A stretch of DNA of 64,000 nt from Lytechinus pictus (GCF_037042905.1 NC_087247.1:15996001-16060000); one strand, 5' to 3'. Numbered from the stretch's first letter, positions 1 through 12,953 are shown. A program made the numbers and translations. Notes: generated by a model not told the origin, from the letters alone.

Positions 1-365
1 TGCTTTTCAGCAAGTTAGTGTCACAAAAGTTAAAACATTGAATAACGTCACGAAGGTAGACAATGGTATAACGAAACGATTTTAGATTAACATTCAATAT
101 TAACATAAAACCTAAACAAACAAAATTAAAGATAAGTACAAACAGAAATAAACACATTAAACAACAAAAGTAAACTGGATTGGGGGAATGCAACATGTGA
201 GAGACGGACAACGGAAGGATGGATAAAACAGAAGAATAGGAGATCAAATCTTCATAATCTGTTTGTGTTTCAATTGAATTTTTGATGTGTTAAATACTGT
301 CTACATTTAGAGACTGACAATCAAGAACTAATTATTTTAGACTTGGTTGAACTTCAAGCAATTTA

Positions 366-1165
366 GGCTGCGTTTATGCGACCTCAAGCCAGAATCATGA
401 TTTGAATCATGATTTGAATCATGATTCAAAACACAAACATGAATCACAATATCACAGAATCAGCGTTTAGACGACCATCATTCCAATGCTGTTTCTCCTC
501 AGATTCGGGCCAATCCAGTGCGCATCACTAGTGCGAAGTTTTTCGCACGTGTTTCGGCTCTCGAAAATTCTTTTGCTTCCATCAGAATTCAGTCTATACC
601 TCATTTTGTTTACTTCTATCATAAAGGGTCCATATGCTTCTATTCATCTTGTTAGTTTATCCAAAATGGTGTTCGGAAGTGAATTTCAGCGTAGATCCAA
701 TACTGTATACTCAACAACAACTGAGATCATTGTCTGTCCAGTTAATTCATTTACTAGAACTTGAAGTTGAAGACATGACCAAAAAATGAAAAGTAGTGGA
801 CGATGCGATGACCAACACAGAACTTGAACATGACAAGAAATGAATTCATAGTACATAGTCATGTACATACAATGAGCATATAGAGCGCCTTGAGCTTGGC
901 AAGAGTCAAACCGAAAGTAGCCCGACACAACAGTGAGGTCATATAATCATGATTGTAATCACGATATCGTTTATTCGAACATTTTCGTACGTGATTCTGC
1001 AGAAACGTCTTTCCAAACGCCCCTTTTTTCGTGTTTCATGTTTGTGATTCTAATCATGATTATATTCAATTTCGACTAAACGCAATCGTGATTCTGCAGA
1101 ATCATGATTTGAATCATGATTCAAATCATGATTCTAGGGTAAAAAAGTGGCGGATAAACGCACCC
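366..1165. mobile_element. PIF/Harbinger-type MITE with sub-terminal palindromic 12-mer repeats
   Basis: TIRs ggctgcgtttatgcg / cggataaacgcaccc; TTA on both sides (363-365, 1166-1168); tandem gaatcatgattt repeats near both ends. Confidence 0.8.
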
Positions 1166-1561
1166 TTAGGCTATTTCCCCTATAGAAACAACATCCTTTC
1201 TCTGTAAATAATCAGTTAAGGGCTTGGGAATCGGTGTTTCCAGCAGTTATATCATCGTTGTTATTTAATTTCGTAGAATTGTAACATTGGATGGATCACA
1301 TATATCTATTGAGGTATTATGCATTCATGTTAGCTTTCGAGAAGAGAAACAACATCCCAAATCAATAACACTTTCATTGAATTACTAAGGACCTGCGAAA
1401 TGTTGTTCTAACAGTTCCGCTTTGATGTAGTATAGACAAACTATTGCGCGTAACACTATCTGCCTTCTTTTGCCTAAATCACTAAAAAGACGCATAAAAA
1501 CCGAGGTTGGTTGAAAAAATAGAATGATAACAATAGAACATTTATATAACCCTTAATACAA

Positions 1562-1785
1562 TCAATGTTTCAAAGCGCAGCGTATTATTACTCCGACTTT
1601 AGCACGGCAACACTGATCGAGTGCTCGAGCATTAAGGAATTCCATCCTCCCGTGTACCCATTTTATAGCACCTGGATGGAGACTGGCAAATTTCTTGCCA
1701 AATATGACGTGTGAGCTGCGGTGGGATTTGAACCCCGGGCCTTGTGATTCACAGTCTCGATTCTCATCACTTAGCGGTAACATTA
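1562..1785 (-). mobile_element. tRNA-derived SINE (His-like head)
   Basis: Minus strand reads gactgtgaatc (GTG anticodon loop), B-box ggttcaaatccc, then central ccaggtgctataaaatgggtac motif shared with the SINE at 46.3 kb. Confidence 0.75.
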
Positions 1786-1954
1786 TAGCCTGATCTATTA
1801 ACATCGATAACACATTTCCGATGCATACTTCTAGATAATATTAAAATACGCACCTACCATAACACACATTTCCCTCTCCCTTGGGAAAAACAGCCGGGTA
1901 ACATAATTACATTTGACACTCAACAAAATATGCAACCTAACAAGCTGAAAATAA

Positions 1955-1984
1955 AAAGGAGGAGGAAAAGAAGAAGTTCAGAAA

Positions 1985-2015
<31 letters not shown>

Positions 2016-2150
2016 AGAGAAGAAGAAGAAGAAGAAGAAGAGAAGAAGAAGAAGGAGAAGAAGAGAAGAAGAAGAAAACAAAAGAAGATGACAACAGAGA
2101 AAAAGAAGGAGGAGATGGACTAGAGGGACAAGAAGAACAGTGACGATGAA
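1955..2150. repeat. (GAA)n purine-rich microsatellite
   Basis: Direct reading; source of the F/S/L-rich spurious ORFs. Confidence 0.9.
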
Positions 2151-5084
2151 TAAGAACATGTAGGAACGTGGACAATTACGGAAATAAAATGATAAATAAT
2201 TCATGAACACGACAAAGGAAAAGAAAAGAAAAGAAATTTGTTTGAAGATAGTGAACATGGTGAGGTGTCACCGATAACAGGATTTTTTTAGCCGGGGATG
2301 AGAAAAAGCTTGGATGTACTCAAGACTCGAACTGTTCGACCTATTTGTCTTTCTTATTTTCCTTCTCGACATGTGTGCCTATCGCCTTGAGGTGTTGCTC
2401 GTTGACACATTGGTAGACAGGGTCTTCTGTCGCTCCAATAATCACCATCAACCTATAGCTATACTCCCACTCGTCATCAAACCACCCTTTACTCCCTTAC
2501 TTTAGATCTTGAACTAAGCCTTCATGGAAATCTTCAGAGCACTTGTTCAAATGCAGTATTAATACATTGATTCTTGATAATTCATTTAATTGCAAATTCG
2601 AATACCAAAAAAATTATGTAATGAATTTTCAACATAACACAACAATAAGCAAAAAAAATAATTAAAAACTACAGAACATTATTCTGATTACAATATTAAT
2701 TATACTTCAAAATTTTAAGAAATCTGATGTGTGAATCAAGAATTTTCAATTCTTTCAATTCTTTATTCCATTTCTATTCAAAACATAATACAAAGTAATA
2801 TAAAGTAATAAAAATCAAATACAATTTTACAGACGAGCATTCTTACTTCGTAAAACAAAAAACAGTATAATATTGAGCATAAATGGAAATGAGGGGGGTC
2901 CACTAAAAAGCAAAGCTTGTAAAGTGTGGATCCCAATTTCAAGAGTTTGATGCGAAAAATAGATCTAAATGTTACAGGAAGCTTATACTGCATGCGTTCA
3001 AATTTTGCATCTATCCCGAAGGCAGCATTAAGAAGTGTGAAACTTTGTTGCTTTATAGATATGCAGAAAAAGGACCAATGTCTTAAAGTTTCTCTCAGAA
3101 TTACTTGAAGGCGGCGATGATGACGATGTTTTTTATTATTGAAAGGCACCTGAATTGATTTGGTTGTGAAGCAATAGTCCAGTTGTGTTTTAAAGTCTCT
3201 GTGCAACTGTGCTATCGCATGTTTTCATTTGTAAAAAAAAAATGAAAATGACCAGTGCCTTATTTTCAATAGATTGTGTTCAGTTTAATCAGTTGCATAT
3301 TACGACTAATTTTATAACCACGAGTATCATCTAAGAGTTCATGTACTTGTCTTGAAAGATAGCCATCTAATTTGTGAAATTCGATGAAACAATCTTCTCT
3401 TATCAGGATAAAAATAGAGAAAAAAAATCACAGAGAGAATATCAACTAATTGTGACATATTTGTCGTCGCCATAATCACTAGTAAAAAAAAAAGAATGCC
3501 CGGTTTAAAAGCATATATGGATGTTAGATCACTATATAGTCACGCACAGTGTCGATGATAAGTGAGCATGCCAGGATTACGACTCAACTAAAACTGCTAA
3601 TACAAGAAACGGCGCCAATGTGCTTATAATAATCATATTTACAGAGATAGAATCCATTATGACGTCATTGAGTATTGATGTTTTTCCTCTCAACATGATG
3701 CAATTGACGTGTTATAATGAAGTCTTTAACGAGTATGATATCATTGATATCATTCCAGCCCACAATCAGGTTATCTCTTTGTTGGAAATCACCAATTGAA
3801 TGTCATATTTTGGTGCCTCTGTTTTGGGGTATTTGTTCAATATTAAAAAAAAAACTTGGGAGAGGGAAAGAGTGGGAGGGGGGGGGTTGAGTGATGAATA
3901 ATTTCCTACAAATGGCTGGTACATTATGCAAGCAAGATAAAAATGAGTTTCCTCACATATTGTGAGGAGGACATAGGATTTAAATAAAGAAAAGAGAGAT
4001 TTATCAACTTAAGTGAATAAGAGAGAGGAGTTAAGGATGTGGAACGAACATAAAAAAGAAAGATAAGATGCTTAGAAGGTAATGATAAAAAGAGCGAGAG
4101 AGGAGAAAAATATGAAAAAGAAAAGTGTCAGATTAAGAAGGAGGAAAGATATTTGAAAGGAAGGGAAAGTTGGGTATAATAGTGCCATGACATGGAGAAG
4201 ACTTCTTAGATTTGATTGACAAGATGATATGAAACGGTTTAAGGGAAAGACGGGAGACTATCTGAAGCGAGTGAAAGGGCAGCTGTTCTTCAATCATACT
4301 TCATAGGTGTTCCACCATAATTCCCAACATCTTCCCTGCCTTCTTAAAGGCGTGTTTACTTGACACACATCACGCAGCTGAAATGCCTCATTATGGTATT
4401 CTTATTTCACTATCCTATTACAATTCTTTTTTTTCTTTCACTTTGAGTCTAACATGCCTAAGGAATAGGTCATGGCAGAAAGGCTTGCTAAGATGATATA
4501 GAAACCGCACTGTCGCCTTCTCAAAACATTCAGACATCACTTTAAACATAGTTACAAGGGAGTGTTTCAAAAGAAGTTGTTGCGTTTGAAGTTCTAACAT
4601 TACGGAAAGCAATATTGCCCTGTCTCTGGATTTTAGTAAATTTGAAGAAAATATCATTAGCTAAGTTCAGACGTGATGGGCTCTTACTGAGAGTAAAATT
4701 TTATTATGTATGGAATGAAATTTCAACTAAATTTATCTTATTACGACCCAGTGTCCACACTATCGATCACGAGATAAACTCTGACTAGTTTACAACGACC
4801 TTTGCAGGAGTCATCGTGGAGGGTCAGTGTAACTTCCGGAAGCGGTAGCGCCATGTAAGTCGGGGGGCATATTTGTTTCGAAAAATCTGAGAGAAAAAAA
4901 ATAATTGAAAAATATATGTATAATAGAGGTCTTCTCTCCCGAATGAAGCTATTTTTGCCACAATTTTGACAAGCAACAAAAAAAGGGTCTTCACTTGCAT
5001 TGCCCGATATTTTCCACTACAGATATTTTTTATGGATCTCAATGGGTGAGAGGCAAGGTAGGATCATGCACCGCATTACATTCA

Positions 5085-5300
5085 TATTATGTATACATTA
5101 GATATTTATATAGCGCTTTTCCATTAACATGCTCAGAGCAAAAGTGAATTCTACTTTCCAAGTGCTTACAAAATATAAAGGGTGTAGGTAATATTAGAAA
5201 ACAGATATGTTGTTAGCTTATTTTTGAACACTCGTAATGCAGAACATGAACGGATATTGATAGGGAGACTATTCCAGATAATGGGACCAGTGAGGCTGAT
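5085..5300 (-). mobile_element. L2-type LINE 3' end fragment
   Basis: Minus strand translates ISLTGPIIWNSLPINIRSCSALRVFKNKLTTYLF, followed by the L2-like tail aaagcgctatataaat. Confidence 0.75.
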
Positions 5301-6919
5301 ACATTGCTAACTCATTCTGGATCCATCACTGGATACGATAATGACAGCAGTTTATTTAACTTATATACTGAATATCATATGGATGATGGATAAATATTCA
5401 AACTGAAAGTAAATGTTTTATTTTTCTAAAGGCAAAATTGGACGAAGTGATGGGTCGATATACCCGTTTACTTTTCGACCCGTTAGGTGCCATAATACAG
5501 CCCAGTACACTTCATCGAAACAGAAAATGCTACGACATTCACGAGTTAATCTGGTGATGTGAATGCAGATGAATGTTTTCCATACCAAATAAGTTTATTC
5601 TAGTTTATTTTACTTTTTACTTTGATTTACTTTATTTTAAGTTTACATACACGAACGTCACTTTAATTAATGGTTCAGTCTAGTTTACTCTATAGTCTGA
5701 TCGAGCTTCATATTTGCACTAGTTACCTTCATTTGTAATTATGATGAAATATTTGATATTCTAATTAATGTTGGATAGTTGTATCGATGTAAGATACCAT
5801 ATAATATTGATAAACAGAAATGTATTCTGAATATACGATGGTAAGTCAATAATTCAGATTAAATCTGTATTGAATGAATTCAGGGAAGGTGGATGTATGC
5901 TCTTTTCAACTCATGTTTGCTTACTTTTTGCCAACATCAGACCTTCCTAACGAGAAAACTTGAAAAAAAATGTTCATGCGGGTATTTGCCAAGGCATTTG
6001 CGAATCTACAAGTATGGGTTTCTCATGTTTGAAGAGGCGTGAAAATTGGGGAGAGAGGTGAAATTTCAAGTTCCAGAAGAAAGAGAGGAATACTGGAAAT
6101 TGAGGAGAGGGGGGAGCACAAGAGAGGGGGAATATATGCAGAAAATAGGGAGAATGGGGAGAGTAAATTGGTCAAAGGAAGAGAGAGAGAGAGGGGGGGA
6201 GTATAGAGGTACAAGGGCGGAAGGGTAAATAGTGTAGTACAGGACGGGAAGGGGTGCAAGGGAAAGGAAGTATAATTATGGTGAAAATAATATACAGTAA
6301 AAATTCCATTCTGCTCTATTTGGCAAATTTCCGTTTTCTACACAATAGAAATGAAAGCTTCACTTTGTCATCGCCATTTCAATGCAACTCTATTCAGATG
6401 CCACTGCGAAAGAAAGAGATAAATACAAGTATTTCACACAAAAAATTGTGCATATTATCGACCAAACTATGGTATATTTACCTTATACTCAAAGTTTCAG
6501 TGGTTTGATTGAATCTCGATCGACATGGTTCATATTAAACTCTGAATTTACTTTTAAAACTGCGAAACGAGAAAATCAATATTGAATTGAATGCTTGCTT
6601 ATCATAGCCGTTTACGATGGCATATCTAATGTAAATAAAACCAGTTTATGCAAATTTTTTAAGGACGTTCCTCAGTTTGCGATTTTTAAAAATATTTTAG
6701 TTCCTTTTATTAAAGAGCTGTCATAGGAGATAATGTTGCTTGTGTAATATTAATGCGACCTGCAAAGGTGCCTTTACAGCCTCTCTAAAAACGTTTTACC
6801 TCTATGTCTTCCAAAAATTCACTTTTACTTCCGAAACTTCTTGACATGCGAAACCAGTTTGTGTATTCATTTCTTTGTAAAACTAATAAATTCAATATTT
6901 TTTTAAATATAATTTTTTT

Positions 6920-7130
6920 TGGAATGCTCTGTCTGAAGAAGTGAAAGCAAGTTCTTCATTAAACTTTTGAAAAGAATTACAATAAACTTCTTTTTATAAA
7001 ATTACATATAAATTATCAGGCTTATTTTTATTTTTTGCTATGTTATGTCTGTTTACGGTTTGCGGGGTTTGTGAATTGTTCAATTATCTTATTTGTGTCA
7101 TCTTGTTCGTATTATTTATAAATGAAATAA
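6920..7130 (+). mobile_element. Decayed CR1/L2-group LINE 3' fragment
   Basis: WNALSEEVKASSSLNF* remnant of the WNxLP C-terminal motif, then a T-rich tail. Confidence 0.45.
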
Positions 7131-7864
7131 CCAAATGGACTAAAGGCTTTTAGTCCTTCCGATCGAATTAATGGTAAACAATATGAGTTTTATTTGATCC
7201 GCATTTGATGAGATGATTACTTGGATTTTAAATCAATTATTGTAAACTTCGTCTTTGGGATTAAGTATGTTATTGTGATGGTTGAAAGAGAACTTTAAAA
7301 AGGTCATTGATAGAAATGGGCAGACAGGATGCACTACTTTATATAAAGGCGGTTAGTAGACAGGTATGGGAGAGTGAGAAGGGTTTTTAAGAAGTCATCA
7401 AGTCGATGAACGGATGTATTAAATGACACGGTAGCATTGCACTAGACATCAGAGAAGGTCATATAGTCACATTCAATAGAATTGGTAATTGAGAAATGAT
7501 ACAGGGAGAAAAGATAGGGGACGGAGAGAGGAGGGGGGGGGTTAAGGTGAAGAGGAGGCGAAAGCAGGGGCGGATCCAGCTTTCGCCATGGGGGAGGGCG
7601 GAAAAATGTGTTTTGCTGTTTTTAAGGGGTATTCCTAGCTAAACAATTTAGTTTTAACTGCATTTGTTCTTACAAATAAGTTAAAGTAGGGCCTTTCTCA
7701 TAAGGGATGAATAAATAATGAGAGCACGAAGTGCGAGCTCAAATTATGGGATATTTCATGAATAGTGACTTGAAAATTAATATTCTGAGCAGTTTTTGTA
7801 ATCATGAAAATGATGCATTTCTAACTAAACAATTCATGCAGAGCGAAGCGCGATCCGACCGAAG

Positions 7865-7914
<50 letters not shown>

Positions 7915-7917
<3 letters not shown>

Positions 7918-9026
7918 AGTGTGACTTTGAAAAAAGAGAGACTACGAGACTCCCATATTAGGCCAAGCTTTCGACCGTGTAACCGGTCTTCCTCAGGGCT
8001 TTGAAGGACAAAATAATATAAACGAAAATAAGGATGTCATGCAACAGAAACACAATCTACACAAGCATGCAACGGAAACAAAAAACAGAAAGAAAATAAC
8101 AATTGTGTAACATAAATAAAACTTGATAATTAAAGGAAACGGTTTTGGGGGCTAAAAGATGTTTAACGGAAAGTGAAAATAATATTTATAAGTTACCTTG
8201 AAAGGAGGATGGGAAGGGTTTGGTAGGTGTTGTGTAATGTGTAGTGCCTGGTGCGGCAAATGCAGTGAGGGGTATGAAGGTCGGGAAGTGATGAAGACAT
8301 ATGCAGTGAAGTCAACAGTATACGGTCTCTATAGTTGAGTATTGGGGTGTGGAGATGCTGTGGAGAAAGGGCGGGGGGGGGGTCATAAGATGTGGGGGAT
8401 ACCTTAGTGTAAAGGTTGGTCCTATGTAACTACAGATAAAAATGTGTACATCATTAACCATATAGGCCTATAAATATATCATTACTCCTATTTTTGTATA
8501 CACACATACATAAACAAAAATATATGGAAATTCTCCGGAAGTACTTGTGTAACTTATTGCACGTGTCTTATATACATTATATGCATGTTATATTACCATA
8601 TTAGGCCCCTATACGCATCATAAGAAAGGGGATGGGTGGGGATATGATGGGGGAGGGGGGTGGGAGGAGATGGGGTGGTTTGAGGGTCTATGTGTGGGTT
8701 TTTGTGTAGTAAAAAAGCGAAGACGAGAATATATATGCAAAACACAATACACGGTTTATATACGCATTGACAAATAATCACATAATTGATGAGTGGATTG
8801 CATGCGCACAAAATATGGAGACCAATTAGGCTTGGGACTTATATAATTAGAAATTGACATGACTGTATATGGTAAACTACATGTATGTATTTTCATAACG
8901 ATATACGGAAAAATGTACATTACGCATGTAAACGCATGACAATGTCATGAAATATATACATAACTATTAGGTTGAATCATGGGAGAGGAAGGAATGATTA
9001 TGGGGAGGGGTGGGGCGGGTCAGGAA
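7915..9026 (-). mobile_element. Penelope-like element 3'/terminal fragment between (TA)n tracts
   Basis: Bounded by (TA)n 7868-7914 and 9027-9050; carries a PLE-type hammerhead motif near its minus-strand 3' end; no RT or GIY-YIG ORF seen. Confidence 0.55.
7961..8002 (-). ncRNA. Minimal type I hammerhead ribozyme motif (PLE-like variant)
   Basis: Minus strand aaagcc CTGAGGA a gaccg-gttaca-cggtc GAAA gctt ggcc: 5-bp stem II, palindromic AGCT stem III, CUU triplet, 3-bp stem I, one extra A after the core. Confidence 0.65.
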
Positions 9027-9081
9027 TATATATATATATATATATATATAAATAATTTATTGGTTGGATTGCTTAACTAAG

Positions 9082-9125
9082 CTAGTCGTACAGACTGTTT
9101 CACCCTAAGGCTCATCAGCGACAAG
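9082..9125 (-). ncRNA. Type I hammerhead ribozyme
   Basis: Minus strand cttgtcg CTGATGA gcc-ttag-ggt GAAA cagtctg TA cgactag: complete core, stem I gtcg/cgac plus 2 bp, stem II, stem III, GUA cleavage triplet (cut between 9089 and 9088). Confidence 0.85.
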
Positions 9126-9180
9126 TACTTCCTACACAGTCGAGCACTATTAGATATTGCAGTATATCACTATATACTTA

Positions 9181-9228
<48 letters not shown>

Positions 9229-9780
9229 CTTGGAAGACAGGAATAACGACGAGTGAGACGTAGCTCTCAGGTTTCCTTTTTTATTTATATATATACATAT
9301 TCGGATATTACAAATTGATATTTTAAGTGCCCTTTTTATGAAGAACACAATGGGTAACCCATAGTGTTTCGTGAGAGCGAAACACGAGCGAAAGGTTTTG
9401 ATATACTTACTTGAAATGGACCATTTTAAGCGCTGAATCATCTTCTATTTTCTTTACTTCTCTTCTTCAATTCCTCTACTCTTCTTTTTTCATCTTCTTT
9501 TCCTTTTATTTGCGCCGCCATTGGGGGCGGCCGCTTCGGACCCCCTGTATCCGCCTGTGAGAGAAATGGGTGATGGGAGTAAGGGAGGGAAGAGAGCTGA
9601 GAGAGAAAGAAAGATGGGAGGAAATGGAAGGCAAACGAGTCGAAAAAGAGGGAACGGGAGAGAGGGGGAGGAAAGAAGAAAAACACAAAAATAAATTAGA
9701 GAAATCGAGGAGAGGGGGAGAAAGAGAATAAAAAGATAGAGGGTATAGAGACAGGGGCATGTACAGACATCAGATCAATT

Positions 9781-9782
<2 letters not shown>

Positions 9783-9818
<36 letters not shown>
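9783..9818. repeat. (GA)n microsatellite
   Basis: Direct reading. Confidence 0.9.
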
Positions 9819-9822
<4 letters not shown>

Positions 9823-9901
9823 GAAGCAGGGAAAGGAGGAAAGGAATATTATACATGTATAGGATTTCGCAATATAATGGTTATTTCACAATTCATTTAA
9901 A

Positions 9902-10317
9902 TTTTATAATCGACCTTCTTTCCATCAACTTCAAGCGTTTATTTTTTTTATGTGTCAAAAGTATTCAAAAGTTAAAATGTAATAGGATAACAAAAAATAA
10001 CACACAAGAATACATTAACACACAATAAATGTTATACACATATACAAAATCTATTAGTTTGATTATTTGATAAAGAAATCACGAGAAATGGGACAATAAA
10101 AAAAACAGAGGTCCTAAAAAATAGTACCTTTATGGTTGAATACCAACAGGAGAATACAATAATTTGATGTTTCCTCTTCGGTTTTTTTTTCAATTATATG
10201 TTACTCCTTAAAGCATTGATTTTCCTGTTTCCATTTTTATAATCGACCTTCTTTCCATCAACTTCAAGCGTTTATTTTTTTATGTGTCAAAAGTATTCAA
10301 AAGTTGAAATGTAATAG
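9902..10317 (+). repeat. ~84-bp direct repeat pair (9902-9986, 10235-10317)
   Basis: ttttataatcgaccttctttccatcaacttcaagcgttta...aatgtaatag occurs twice, nearly identical. Confidence 0.85.
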
Positions 10318-11127
10318 TATACATGTTTACATGTAATTTACAAATTAAAGTAAAATTTAATCAGTGGCTCTTTCTAGGCAGTAAAAAGTATCCCTCGAAA
10401 ACATCGGAACACAACGATCAAATTATCAAAATTACACCAGCGCGGTACGACGGGTGTGTATATCTTTTTCTTTTATATTTGATTAGTTAGTGCACTGTTT
10501 TCATTTCACTCCGAACTCGATCCTACTGCATGAAAGAGGTTAAATGAAACGAAGCTATCTTAAAAAGAATCCTCAAACTCTCTTTTTCTTTGTTGCATAA
10601 AACCCCACATAAAATGACTTTGTTTAGACACAGAGGATATGATGCTCAATAGTTTCTAGGACACTGAGTAGTATATTTTGCTCATTGTTTTTAAGGAGTG
10701 AATTGTAAATGTTTGCATAACGCAGTAATGAAAGTTACATTGATGCCACATTCCCATGTCTTTGATCCATTTCTAAATGTATGTTTTGAGTAATTATAAG
10801 ATTTCCCTACTAAATTTGGGGCAATAATATTTAGTAGGCACTGCAGATGTCAATTTTGAATGATGTATTTCTTTCCATCATAAAATACCCAAAAATACCC
10901 TTACTATTTTGGGTAGGGGGACTCGCCCCCTGTCCCCCCTGGGAATTCCGCTTATGGTAGATGTAACTACATGTTTACTTGTCCGTGTGTTGAATCTGGA
11001 CTGGCAGACACTGACATATGTTATTTCACAAGTTTATTGAATTAATCTTAAAAGATAGTACATAATGTACACCATCATACTCACACATTCATGAAAGTAT
11101 TACTTCAAAGAAGTAAAGGAAAAGGAA

Positions 11128-11391
11128 CAGTGGCGCAATGAGCAAAATAATGAGGGGGGCTAGATATGGCGTATCGCGTAAAATTTATTTTTAAAATTGA
11201 GATCGAGCAAAACGAGCGAGCAAAACTTTTTTTATTACAAAAATCAAATTCTGTAATAGATTTTGACATAGTATTCAGAAAATAAGTTTATATATTAACC
11301 TTCTCTATTTCCTTTTTCTTTTTTGTTTTTGAAAAATTGTGGGGGGAGGGGGCAAGAGCCCCCTAAGCCCCCGGCAATTTGTACGCCACTG
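11128..11391. mobile_element. hAT-type MITE, family A
   Basis: cagtggcgca...tacgccactg; 8-bp TSD aaaaggaa/taaaggaa; related copies at 14255, 31547 and 43525. Confidence 0.85.
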
Positions 11392-12061
11392 TAAAGGAAA
11401 ACACCTTGTCGACTCATAACGAGTGGAAACTTGATTAGAGCCGTTAGATAAAGACTGCAATTAGGATAACATTGCTCTAAAACATAAATTCTAAAGAAAC
11501 ATTGATTTTTATTGGCTGTTCAATATGTACATGATGTTAGATAAATCACCTGGTTGACATGCAGGTGAAATTAAATTCCGATATTTCCCGATGTCATTGA
11601 CTGAGAAGTTAGTATATTTTCAGGGAGTTGTTTGAAAATGAGCTGCAGTATTTAAACGATGCGACTTTGGAGATTTAAGTCTGGATGTAATACTAAACGG
11701 CAGAAATTTTGTTCAAATCGCAGCAGTGGTATTGAAAATGGAAAGCATGACATTCAAGACGTATGTTATCAAGAACACCTGACCCAATTCCGATAGAAAG
11801 TGGAATGCCATCCGTATCACTTTTCTTATTTTTTTTTAATTCCGCCATTTTAGAGCATTTTCATCAGGTTAGGTGGTCCTGTTCAGCTCTACTCATACTA
11901 TTGTTCTGAATCACGATCATTCTACACCAATCATACTGGGAAAGTTATTCGCCAGATCTTGGTCTGAGAATCATTTATCCAACGAATGTGTGTCTTGAAT
12001 GTGCAACTTGTACATGTAGAACACATGAACATGACTTTATTTCGTCGGTGGATGTTTACTT

Positions 12062-12451
12062 CGCATACATTCGTAATTCCGAAGCTTCGTTATTCCGAAG
12101 TTTCGGATATTCCGAAGGTTCGTTATTCCGAAGGTTCGTATTTCCGAAGGTTCGTAATTCCGAAGGTTCGTTAGTCCGAAAACGAAATGAGGTTCGTAAT
12201 TCCGAAGGTTCGTTAGTCCGAAAACTAATGATTAACGAGCCTTATTTCGTTTTCGGACTAACGAACCTTCGGAACAACGAACCTTATTTCGTTTTCGGAT
12301 TATCGAACCTTCGGAATAACGCCAAAAATGTTCGGATTAACGAACCCTTTTGCGTTTTCGGATTAACGAACATCGAGGTATAGGCAATTTACGTGTTTCG
12401 GAATTACGAACCTTCGGAATAAAGAACCTTCGGAATTACGAAGTGTAACCG
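12062..12451. mobile_element. MITE built from 15-16-bp ttccgaaggttcgtta repeats in inverted arrays
   Basis: Left half forward repeats, right half reverse-complement repeats; TSD tttactt (12055-12061, 12452-12458). Confidence 0.85.
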
Positions 12452-12494
12452 TTTACTTTCTGAATGGTAGATAGCATATCGTAAACTCAGGATA

Positions 12495-12665
12495 CGGTTT
12501 CATAAAGCTGTTAGTAAATTAAGAGCGACTTTAAAAACGACTGATGATCAGTTTTTACGCGCTAAATAATCACCAAATGAACATTTAATGGTGAATATCA
12601 TTTACCACAAGAGAGGTTCACCAGTCGTTCTTAAAGTGAACTTACGAAAAGCTTTATGAAGCACT
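12495..12665. mobile_element. Short palindromic MITE
   Basis: ttcataaagctgttagtaa...agcgact is inverted to agtcgttc...ttacgaaaagctttatgaa. Confidence 0.65.
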
Positions 12666-12953
12666 CATCAGATACATCTTAAAGGGGCACCCAAGTTGAA
12701 ATAATATTAAATTAATAGAGCAAACTTCAACGAGCACAACGCTGAATAGTTTAAAAAAAATCTGATTAAAGATATTGAATTTCAAAGTTTTACAATGTTC
12801 TCTGAAAAGAATTTCATGCAATAATAATAAAAGTAAAATAAATAAATAGTTCAAATTTTTATTATTAGCTTCTTTTTTGTCGTCATCATCATAATTATCA
12901 CCATTGCTATATTCATTCATATTAATTCCCTTTATTATGCTCTGTATTTGCAG

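Larger units (their letters stand above)
7565..9559. mobile_element. hAT-like MITE interrupted by a (TA)n-nested insertion cluster
   Basis: Termini caggggcggatccag / ctgtatccgcctgtg; gcgaagcgcga-type internal motifs on both sides of the 7868-9296 insert; TSD decayed. Confidence 0.65.

Noticed and set aside
1920-2258. Hydrophobic membrane-like ORFs (also 24179, 43158, 49189)
   Set aside because: Microsatellite or low-complexity translations.
11986-12383. Repetitive ORFs (RNSEGSL..., FVIPKVR...)
   Set aside because: These are translations of MITE internal repeats.
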